A stretch of 64,000 bases of DNA. Origin: Promethearchaeota archaeon. GTDB lineage: Archaea > Asgardarchaeota > Lokiarchaeia > Sigyniarchaeales > SOKP01. The stretch lies in NCBI GenBank assembly GCA_016839555.1, contig JAEOUA010000012.1, positions 224,001-288,000 on the forward strand, in the 5' to 3' direction. Positions 19,873 to 28,647 of the stretch are shown here, piece after piece; the stretch's first letter is position 1, and each line of letters opens with the position of its first letter. Position numbers and translations under genes: made by a program. The notes under the pieces were generated by a model. That model did no database searches and was not told where the DNA came from. It saw nothing but the letters and a program-made list of their open reading frames with translations.

Positions 19873-20427
19873 ATGAATAAAAAAACTACACATTCTAATA
19901 AAATCGAGGCTATTATTAGGGAATATTTATTAGATGAAGGTATTTTAAGAAAAAAATTACAAAATAACAACATTGAATTTGGCTTTCAATTTGTATTTCC
20001 TCCTATCCATCCTCAAGAGGAATTTAAAAAAAGTCAATTTATGGTAGTTTTTCAACCGAAAAATAAGAATGATTTACTTATTGTTTCAATCGGAACACAA
20101 ATTAGTCCTGCTCATATCGAAGCATTACAAAAGAATAAGGATAAAGAACTGCTATTTTTTAAAGAGTTAAAAAAGTTTTTTCATCTAAAAAACGTATTTT
20201 TTTACTTAGATATTAAAAATCATCGATATGAAGTAAGTGATCAAATCTTTTTAAATGAAAATTACATTTCGAAAAATAATTTTTTTCTGCTTATACGTAG
20301 AATTTTTAATATTCAAGCATATACTAATCTAATACTATTAGATTTTTGTTCTGGAGAATTAAATTCTGAAAATTATGATAATTCAAGTAAATATGACTCG
20401 GGATCGCATTTTTCCCTTTATTCTTAA
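19873..20427 (+). CDS. DUF2299-like archaeal protein
   Basis: IREYLLDEG, VFQPKNKNDLLIV, ISPAH, IFL...ISKNNFF. Confidence 0.6.
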   Translation: MNKKTTHSNKIEAIIREYLLDEGILRKKLQNNNIEFGFQFVFPPIHPQEEFKKSQFMVVFQPKNKNDLLIVSIGTQISPAHIEALQKNKDKELLFFKELKKFFHLKNVFFYLDIKNHRYEVSDQIFLNENYISKNNFFLLIRRIFNIQAYTNLILLDFCSGELNSENYDNSSKYDSGSHFSLYS

Positions 20428-20438
20428 TTATTCTAAAA

Positions 20439-20963
20439 ATGATTGTTATGTTTGAAAAGTGGCTACAAGCTCTCGGAAAATTGGATTACGTCCAAGGAAA
20501 AGACCGTCCCAAAGTTGATTGTATTCTATGTGCAGTAAAGAATGAAGATAAACAAGTTACTTCTATAAAAGTTTATCAAGATGATTTAATATTTATTTGT
20601 TTGAATATTTATCCTTACAATCCGGGTCATTGTATGGTAGTTCCCAATCGACATGTGCTTAGATTCATTGAATTGACGAGAAAGGAAGTCAAAAGAATCT
20701 TTAGAGCCATACAAGGATTACAAATGTTATTTGATGATTTATATTCCCCGAAGGGATACAATATTGGATTCAATGAAGGTGTGGCCGGGGCGAGTATCCC
20801 TCATATACATTGTCACATCGTCCCAAGATACGGATCTGAATTAGGGTTTATAGATATTTTTGCAAAGACAAGAGTTGTCCCAGAAGGACTAGAATCAGTC
20901 AAGAAGAAGTTAGATGAGAATATTGATAAATATCTGAATAAAGATTTTTTTGAAAGTTTTTAA
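20439..20963 (+). CDS. HIT-family nucleotide hydrolase (Ap4A phosphorylase-like)
   Basis: CILC, NIYPYNPGH, YNIGFN, AGASIPHIHCHIVPR. Confidence 0.9.
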   Translation: MIVMFEKWLQALGKLDYVQGKDRPKVDCILCAVKNEDKQVTSIKVYQDDLIFICLNIYPYNPGHCMVVPNRHVLRFIELTRKEVKRIFRAIQGLQMLFDDLYSPKGYNIGFNEGVAGASIPHIHCHIVPRYGSELGFIDIFAKTRVVPEGLESVKKKLDENIDKYLNKDFFESF

Positions 20964-21042
20964 AATAGTAATTCAGATCATGAATAAAGAATGAACTTCA
21001 ATAAATTAATAAAAATAAAAAAATATAAGGATTAAAAACAAC

Positions 21043-21255
21043 TTAATACCAAATTCTGCTCGCGTTTCTAATATCTGCTTGAGTTACTCTTTTACGTTTG
21101 TCCGCCTTACATACACTAAGGGCTTTATCTGTCGTTTCAGCCGCTACGTTCTCTAAAAATTCAATTAATCGGTCTAATGCATCAGCGGCTACTAAATCTG
21201 CTCCTCGTTGTTTCATCAGCCTTCTAATCGGGGCTTTTGCAATATAACCAGCCAT
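21043..21255 (-). CDS. Archaeal histone (HMf family)
   Basis: IAKAPIRRLMK...GADLVAADA...KRKRVTQADI; ATG at 21255 follows a GAGGAG SD, so the GTG at 21273 is probably not the start. Confidence 0.9.
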   Translation of the reverse strand: MAGYIAKAPIRRLMKQRGADLVAADALDRLIEFLENVAAETTDKALSVCKADKRKRVTQADIRNASRIWY

Positions 21256-21906
21256 AATATTTTTCTCCTCCACTAAATTTTTAAATTTTTTTATTTAATT
21301 TTTAGTTTATAATTAATTTCTTAATAATAAATTGAATTTTCTTATATATAAATCTTATGGTTGGAATTAATATTTTTATGAATCTAAATAGATTTTTTTG
21401 ATGATTGAAAAATAAATTTAATTTTTTATCATCCGACAAAATTTTTAATTCAAAATAATTTTTTAAAATCCTTTTAATGTAGTATGATAATATTTTGGGT
21501 GAAATTATAAATAAGAGACTTTATTTTAAATATTTTTACTAAATATTATTTGCTTATGAATAAACTTATTAAACTTTTGATTATTCTGGAAATCTTATAA
21601 TAAATCTCATGTTGAGGTAAAAATAAACAATTTTTTATATTGTTATTAGAGATAATTTGCCCAAACATAAATGAGTTAGATGAACAATCAAAATTGAACT
21701 CAAAATAGGTATTTTTCAAGTTTTCTAAGGATTATATGCATAGTTTATTTAGCCAGCAATAAATCTAGTTTTTATAACAATTAAGAATTAATAAAAAAAA
21801 ATCTTAAAATAATGTGCTATAAAGAATACTGCAAAAAATTTAAAAAAGAAATCAATCATAAAATAAGTATATAGTTAAATTTAGGTGACGGATTTTCGAT
21901 CTGATA

Positions 21907-22761
21907 ATTGATAAACAATATGAAAAACTTCTTGATGAGTCAGAAATAGAAAAAATTTTACGAAACTTAGGGTTTACAAAAAATGATTCAAAAGTATTTC
22001 TAACTCTTGCCAAATATAAAGTCTTATCACCAGCAGACATCGCTCGAGCGAGTGATGTTGACCGAGCAAGAGTCTATGACTCACTTAAACGTTTAATGGA
22101 AAAAGGATTCATAAGAAAAGAACCTGTAAAAAGAGGAGCGAATTATAAAATTATCTCTATTAAACGAATATTTAAATCCATACGCGACGATTATAAAGAA
22201 AAAATTGAAGAAACTGTTTTATTAGAAAAATCTATACGAGAATTGGAAGTGAAACAAGAAGAACCAGAATCGCGAGTATGGGCAATAAATTCAAAACAAA
22301 AGATTAGAAATAAAATTAAACAACTTATTAATGAAGCAGAAGAAAGATTATATTTTATCATAACCCCAGATTTATTAATGGAAGAGTTAGGCGGTTTTGA
22401 GTGGATTTTAAAAGAAATTTGGAATAAAAAATTTTCCTCGGAAAAGATAGATATTATACTCGCATTGAAATATTTTGAATCATTAAAAGAGGAAATCAAA
22501 AAATTATTGAATATTAATGTGAAAATTCATGCAATTGAAGGAGAAAATGTAATTCCATTTGGATTGTTGATTGCTGATAATGATTTCTTACTCACTACCT
22601 TAGATCAAGTAAGAGAAGCTCCTGAATATACTTCTGGAATTTGGCTTGAAGATGGATTTGAACGACAAATTTTAGGCTATGAACATCTTTTTAAACATTT
22701 TCTTACCTCGGAATGTAAGGAAATTAAACTCACAACCAGAAAAAATGCTACTCAGAACTGA
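21907..22761 (+). CDS. TrmB-family transcription regulator; true start lies upstream of the tracked ATG and is non-canonical (21892-21907)
   Basis: Frame open from 21889: LRNLGFTKNDSKVFLTL...SPADIARASDVDRARVYDSLKRLMEKG is the TrmB HTH; no in-frame ATG/GTG/TTG before 22096. Confidence 0.8.
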   Translation: MDKQYEKLLDESEIEKILRNLGFTKNDSKVFLTLAKYKVLSPADIARASDVDRARVYDSLKRLMEKGFIRKEPVKRGANYKIISIKRIFKSIRDDYKEKIEETVLLEKSIRELEVKQEEPESRVWAINSKQKIRNKIKQLINEAEERLYFIITPDLLMEELGGFEWILKEIWNKKFSSEKIDIILALKYFESLKEEIKKLLNINVKIHAIEGENVIPFGLLIADNDFLLTTLDQVREAPEYTSGIWLEDGFERQILGYEHLFKHFLTSECKEIKLTTRKNATQN

Positions 22762-22836
22762 ATTTTAAATTAAATTTAAATACAAAAAATCAATATATAA
22801 ATCGTATCATCAAAAATCATATCTAGATAATGAATT

Positions 22837-23403
22837 ATGAGCTATCGAGGTAAAGTAATATTATTGGGTAATCCTTCAGTAGGAAAAACCTCTTTACTTA
22901 GTAGATATGTTGATAATACATTTCCTGATCAATATAATCCTACTATTGGAGCTAATTTTTTAATTAAAGAAGTAGATTTAAAAGGGATTATAAATAATTT
23001 AACGCAGTTGAATGATAATTTAAAACAACAAATAAAAGAGAAAGGGTTTAAAATTTATTTCTGGGACATCGGTGGTCAGCGGGACAAATTATTCGCTAAT
23101 GAATACTATTTTCAAGATGCTGTTGGAGCAATAATAGTTTTTGATGTAGTAGATAGAAACTCGTTTGAAACTCTAGAATTTTGGATATCAAAATTAAAAG
23201 AATTAAGTGGAAAAGATGTTCCCTTTATAATTGTAGGGAATAAAACTGATTTATCTAAAGACAGGAAGATTTCCGAGAAAGAAATTAAGGATAAAGCAAA
23301 TAAATATGAGGTTGAATATTTTGAAACTTCAGCAAAAATAAATGAAAACGTTATAAAAGCCTTTGAAGCATTATCTACTAAAATATTGAATAATTTAAAA
23401 TGA
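22837..23403 (+). CDS. Rab-like small GTPase
   Basis: GNPSVGKT, YNPTIGANF, WDIGGQ, VGNKTD, ETSAK; no C-terminal Cys prenylation motif. Confidence 0.9.
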   Translation: MSYRGKVILLGNPSVGKTSLLSRYVDNTFPDQYNPTIGANFLIKEVDLKGIINNLTQLNDNLKQQIKEKGFKIYFWDIGGQRDKLFANEYYFQDAVGAIIVFDVVDRNSFETLEFWISKLKELSGKDVPFIIVGNKTDLSKDRKISEKEIKDKANKYEVEYFETSAKINENVIKAFEALSTKILNNLK

Positions 23404-23476
23404 AGGAGAAATTTCTTATATAAAGTTAAATTCCTTCTACCAAATAAATTAGATATTCTATTTATTAAGTTAACAA

Positions 23477-24208
23477 ATGAGCAGTCTTTTAATTCCAATT
23501 AGTCCTTTAGCAAAAGCTAAGTCTCGGTTACGTGAAGTATTTACGGGAGGACAAATTGAGAATTTAATCATTTCAATGGTTAAAGATCTTGGAAATATTT
23601 TATCAACTATAGACTGCTTTAAAAATATTCTTGTATATTGTCATAATAATAAAATACTAGAGTTAGTTCAAAAATTCGGTTTAATTGGTATTAAAGAAAA
23701 AGTTATATCTCCACGCAAATCATTCGATAAAGTTATTAACGAGATAAATTCTATTGCTATAAATGATTATCACGCAAAACAAACTATCATTACCTTTTTA
23801 GATACCATATTAATTTCAGCAAAAAATTTTAAAGAGATAAATTCCTTGCTTCAAAAGAATCAGATAGTGATATGTCCTGCGTTCCATTCAGCAGGCATAT
23901 CTGTTTTAGGAAGGAATCCTCCCAATATTATTCCAACATTTTTTTCAGATACCAAAACACCTTCCCTAATTGCTCTAATTAATGAAGCGAAAAAGCGTGG
24001 CATATCAGAAATTAAGATTTATGACTCATTTAGAGCGGGTTTTGATATTGACACAAAAAAAGATTTAGTACTTGCTTTTGAATATATGAAAATCTTAAAT
24101 CTAACTAACACTAATATTTATAGATTTTTAATAAATAATTTGAATCTTAAATTAAAGAAATCTAATGATAATAACAGAGAATTTAGAATTAAAGAAAATT
24201 ATAAATAG
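23477..24208 (+). CDS. cofC: CofC-like guanylyltransferase (coenzyme F420 biosynthesis)
   Basis: LIPISPLAKAKSRL, SMVKDL, FLDTILI, FDIDTKKDL. Confidence 0.7.
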   Translation: MSSLLIPISPLAKAKSRLREVFTGGQIENLIISMVKDLGNILSTIDCFKNILVYCHNNKILELVQKFGLIGIKEKVISPRKSFDKVINEINSIAINDYHAKQTIITFLDTILISAKNFKEINSLLQKNQIVICPAFHSAGISVLGRNPPNIIPTFFSDTKTPSLIALINEAKKRGISEIKIYDSFRAGFDIDTKKDLVLAFEYMKILNLTNTNIYRFLINNLNLKLKKSNDNNREFRIKENYK

Positions 24209-24221
24209 TCGATTTTAAATT

Positions 24222-25457
24222 TTAGAAGGAAAATTTAATTGTTAATTTAATTTTTTCACCAATAAAGTTTTCTACAAGTTTTTGAAACTCATCTCTGTCT
24301 TTCTTAAGCCGAGCCAAATATTTCAGATAATCTCTATTTTTTCTTTCAATATCGCTTTCATTATGTTCTAATCTCTGAGTATACACTGAGATATCGTTTT
24401 TTACAGACTCCAGTTTTTCATCTAAACCTTTACTTTGAATTTTTTTCCTAATTTTTTCAATAGTGCTTCTTATTTCTTTATATTGTTCTAAATTTTCATA
24501 AATTTCCCGATCATCAAAAATTTTATTAATTTGGTCGATTGTCTTTTCTCTCTTGTCTGATTTCAAATTTAATTTATTTTGCTCAAGCACATGCCTGAGT
24601 TGAACTAATAAACCTCGAAATTTAGTTAGGTCCTTTCCTTCCTTTCGTAGTACACCTATTGGATTTTTTACAAAAGCTCTCACATAATTTTCATCTATAT
24701 TTGTTAAATGAATATTATCGCGCTCCACTTCTACTTTGAGTTTTTTTAATGCTTTTTTAAATGCTAATTCATTATTTATTTTTATTTTCAATTGAAATAG
24801 ATTTTCTCTATTTTGTTTAAGCTTTTGAAATAAACTATCCTTTTCTAACTTTAATAAAGTTTTTTTTAATTCTTCTAATTCTTCTTTTATTTCTTCCTGT
24901 TCTTTTTCAAACTGTTCTAAATTTTGTTTAGCATTTTCAATATTACTTCTAAGAGTATAAAATTTAGGGACTTTTTGGGACAAATCCTCCGCTTCTTTCA
25001 CATCATTATATTTTTTTAGTAAAAATTGTTCTAAAATGGATTGTTTTTTGCCAAGCTTTCTCGAAAGATAATTTAACTCCTTTATTTCTGATTGAACTTC
25101 GCTTTGAAATTTCGGGAGTGATTTTTTGGCTGCATCGTTAATACTAGTAAATAATTGCTTTACTGCTTTTAAAAGTTGATTAAGATCTTCATAACTTATA
25201 TGATCTTCAGGAATTTTAATCTCGTCAATTTCCTTTTTAATTTTATCACAAAAAAAATCTAAAGATTTCAGAGCTTTTTCATTAAGTCTATCCTTTACTT
25301 CTCGGAAGTGATTCATGCACGTTTTAATATCGAGCAAATTTTCCCTTATATCCTCAATTAACTTAAGCGCTACTTTCTTTTTTTTATTGAATATCTCATT
25401 TATCTTTTCTCTGTAAAAATCTTCGAAATCTTCAAGATTAATTTCAATTTCGGACAT
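24222..25457 (-). CDS. Hypothetical helical/coiled-coil protein
   Basis: 411 aa, K/E/L-rich heptads, no Walker motif. Confidence 0.75.
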   Translation of the reverse strand: MSEIEINLEDFEDFYREKINEIFNKKKKVALKLIEDIRENLLDIKTCMNHFREVKDRLNEKALKSLDFFCDKIKKEIDEIKIPEDHISYEDLNQLLKAVKQLFTSINDAAKKSLPKFQSEVQSEIKELNYLSRKLGKKQSILEQFLLKKYNDVKEAEDLSQKVPKFYTLRSNIENAKQNLEQFEKEQEEIKEELEELKKTLLKLEKDSLFQKLKQNRENLFQLKIKINNELAFKKALKKLKVEVERDNIHLTNIDENYVRAFVKNPIGVLRKEGKDLTKFRGLLVQLRHVLEQNKLNLKSDKREKTIDQINKIFDDREIYENLEQYKEIRSTIEKIRKKIQSKGLDEKLESVKNDISVYTQRLEHNESDIERKNRDYLKYLARLKKDRDEFQKLVENFIGEKIKLTIKFSF

Positions 25458-25583
25458 ATTATTGGATCAATTAAAATGTTTCTATTTCTAAATTTTTTTT
25501 AATTTTTCTTCTAATCAAGTAAGTTTAAATTAAACCGGTTTAATTAATATTTTGGATGTTCAAAAATTCATAAAACGTAAGCA

Positions 25584-25769
25584 TTATTCATGATTAATTC
25601 TGTTCTTAATAGTTGATCTTAAAAGCGCCGTTTTAATCTTTCTTTTATCAAAACCAACCGTCTCGATTATTCTAATAATTTTCATTCGTCTTGCCTTGCC
25701 TTTTAATCCTTCCTCACTCATGAATTCATTTGCGAACTCCTCAATGTCTTCTTTATCCTTATCACTCAT
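25584..25769 (-). CDS. Small hypothetical protein
   Basis: 61 aa, acidic N-half and basic C-half, codon style like neighbours. Confidence 0.6.
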   Translation of the reverse strand: MSDKDKEDIEEFANEFMSEEGLKGKARRMKIIRIIETVGFDKRKIKTALLRSTIKNRINHE

Positions 25770-26093
25770 TTAAGTCTTTAAATGTTTATTTTAATAAAAA
25801 ATTTAAGGAGATTTCTTTTTTCTATTTTCATTTAATAATAAAACGATTAATCTAAAAGAATAATAATCATATTTTTTTAAGATCCTAATTTTAAAATCTT
25901 TTAAATCTATTCAAAGTAATGATTTATCTTGATCATGTAGTTTTCATTTTACAAAAATAATTATTATATTTTATAACAAAAAATAAATTATTATTTTAAT
26001 TTCCTAAAACAATGGAGATTTTGATTATAACATGTTTAATTTAACAATTAAAATATCAAATAAATAAAACAAAAAATAAAAAAGTTTGAAATT

Positions 26094-28094
26094 ATGTCTG
26101 ATAATCAGACCAAAGATGTTATTAGAGTAGGAGTATATATTTGTGAGTGAGGAGTGAATATAGGTGCTACTATAGATTGCGAAGCTGTGAAAGATTTTGC
26201 TGAAACTCAACCAGATGTATTTATAGCAAGAGTGAATAAATTTACATGTAGCGATCCTGGTCAAGCGATTATTAAAAATGATATCTTGGAATTACATTTA
26301 AATAGAATCGTAGTTGCTGCATGTACACCAAAGATTCATGAGTCTACTTATCGAGCAGTACTAACTGAAGCAGGATTAAGCCCATATTATTTTCAAATGG
26401 TAAATTTAAGAGAGCAATGTTCTTTTGTACATTCTAATAGGAAGGAGGAGGCAACAGAAAAAGCGAAGAATTTAGTTTTAGCGGGAATAAATCGTGCTCG
26501 AGAATTAGAATCAATTCCTAGAAAAGAGATACCCATAGAACATTCTGTTCTTATCGTAGGAGCAGGGATTGCTGGCATGAATGCTGCTTTAGATTTAGCG
26601 AACCAAGGTATTAATGTATATCTTGTTGAGAAAGAACCGACAATTGGAGGAAAAATGGCCCAGTTAGATAGAATTTTTCCAACAGATGATTGCGGTATAT
26701 GAGTATTGGCACCAATTATGGTGAATACCTCAAAACATCCGAATATTAATTTATTGACTTATAGTGAAGTAGTTGAATTTAGTGGGATTACTGGTAATTT
26801 TAATGTACGGATAAAGAAAAAACCTCGATATGTTGATGAAGAAAAATGTACTGGTTGTGGATTATGTACCACAAAATGTCCTATGAGTGTTCCTAGTGAA
26901 TTTGATCGAGGAATTGGAGAGCGCAGTGCAATATATATTCCATTTCCCCAAGCAGTTCCCAAGTTTGCGTTAATTGATAAGGAAATGTGCATTGAATGTA
27001 AAAATTGTGAGCGAACTTGTCCTGCAGAAGCGATTAATTTCGAGCAAGAAATAGAATATCTGGATGTTAAAGTTGGATCAGTGATTATTGCTACTGGCTG
27101 GGACGAATACCCCATCTGGAAAACAAATGAGTATAAATATGGCATTTATCCTGATGTGATAACCCAAATAGAACTAGAGAGAATGTTAAGCCCAATAGGC
27201 CCTACTGATGGACATATTTATAGAATATCAGATGGTAAAACACCAAATAAAATAGCAATGATTCAATGTGTGGGGTCAAGAACCTTAAGAGGGAATCGAT
27301 ATTGTTCTGCAGTGTGTTGCAATGTTGCCTTAAAAAATGCTCAGTTATTAAAACAAGAATATCCAGATATGGAAATAATAATATTTTATATTGATATCCG
27401 TAGCCCTGATAAAGGTAATGAAGAATATTACAGAAAGATTAGGGAATCTGATATTATTTTTATTAAAGGAAAACCAGGAGATATCAAATTAATTGATGAT
27501 GGAACTATGAGATTATTTTATGATAATAGCTTATTAGATGAAGTTACTCATTTAGATGTAGATTTATTAGTATTATCTACGGGAATTATTCCATCAAAAG
27601 GTACCACTGAAATGGTTAAAGTAATGGGTTTAGAAGAAGGTCCTGCTCAATTTTTATCGGAAATTCATGGGTGTTTAAAACCTCAAGAAACTAAAGATAT
27701 GGGAATATATATATGTGGGTGTGCTGCCGGACCAAAAAGTATTCCATATTCAGTTTCAACAGCTTTAGCTGCTGCGAGCAAGGCTTCAACACTTCTTTCA
27801 AAGGACACTATTTATCAGGAATTAATAATAGCCGAAGTTGATAAAAATCTATGTATGGGATGTCATCGGTGTGAAAAAAGTTGTTTTTATGATGCAATTA
27901 AAGTAGGAGAAGATGATATAGCACTCGTTGATGAACTAAAATGTAAGGGTTGTGGAGTATGCGTTACGGTTTGTCCTGCTCGAGCAATAGATTTGAAATA
28001 TTACCGAGATCATCAATTTGAAGAGGAAATAAAAGGAATTGGTGCAACAGAGATTATTGAAATAAAAAATATGGAGCCTGAAATTAAAAAATAG
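26094..28094 (+). CDS. hdrA: Heterodisulfide reductase subunit A-like flavoprotein; selenoprotein with two Sec (UGA at 26148-26150 and 26700-26702), 666 aa
   Basis: One frame from ATG 26094: MSDNQTKDVIRVGVYICE-U-GVNIG...GAGIAG...FPTDDCGI-U-VLAPIM...QCVGSR...CSAVCC...; both UGA sit at conserved Cys positions; the ORF track splits the gene into two pieces. Confidence 0.92.
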
Positions 28095-28115
28095 TTGAAC
28101 TAATGGTGATAAAAT

Positions 28116-28535
28116 ATGTCAATAAAAAATAATAGAAGAAACATAATAGCATTTGGTTGTGACAAATGAGGGTATTCCGTGGCTGATTTGACAGGTACTA
28201 CAAGAAAAACGTATACAACAGATTTCCGTATGATTAGAGTTAGATGTACTGGGAGGATTGGTATTCATTTAATAATGAACTGCTTTCTAAACGGTGCTGA
28301 TGGAGTTGCAATTATCTCTTGAAAGAAAGGAGAATGCGATTATGGGAATGGGAACTTAATAGCTAATGAACACGTCAAAATTCTAAAGAAAATATTTAAT
28401 CATCTGGGAATCTCAGAAGACAGAGTTCAGCAATATTTTTGTTCTGCTGCTGAAGTAGAAAATTTTTTAAATTCTATAGAAGATATTTCAAAAAAAATTC
28501 ATTCACTCCCTCCATTACCAAAAAAACCGAAATGA
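28116..28535 (+). CDS. mvhD: MvhD/VhuD [2Fe-2S] subunit; selenoprotein with two Sec (UGA at 28167-28169 and 28320-28322), 139 aa
   Basis: Absent from the ORF track. MSIKNNRRNIIAFGCDK-U-GYSVADLTG...IRVRCTGRI...GADGVAIIS-U-KKGECDYGNGN...LGISEDRV...CSAAE...LPPLPKKPK; GGTGA SD 6 nt before the ATG. Confidence 0.92.
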
Positions 28536-28592
28536 ATGACTCTTTCGAAAAAATATTAGTCGAAAGATGACTTACCTTGCAAAGGTATTCGG
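28527..28592 (+). ncRNA. Eukaryote-type (Loki) SECIS element
   Basis: ATGAC (28536-40), TCTTTCGA, loop AAAAATATTAG, TCGAAAGA, TGAC (28568-71): AUGA/GA non-Watson-Crick core, perfect 8-bp helix and apical A-run; closed by CCGAA/TTCGG with an extra hairpin TACCTT-GCA-AAGGTA. Confidence 0.85.
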
Positions 28593-28647
28593 AAAAAAAC
28601 AATTTTTTGAAATATTTAAGATAAAATTAATAGCATGACAAAGAAAT

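Noticed and set aside
24222-25457. SMC/Rad50 or ESCRT-III assignment for the coiled-coil protein
   Set aside because: No Walker A/B, zinc hook or Snf7-type motifs recognisable
26148-28322. hdrA/mvhD as pseudogenes, or a genome-wide UGA reassignment
   Set aside because: All four internal UGAs fall at conserved Cys positions and a SECIS follows, while UGA is a normal stop in other genes (e.g. 23401-23403, 52313-52315)
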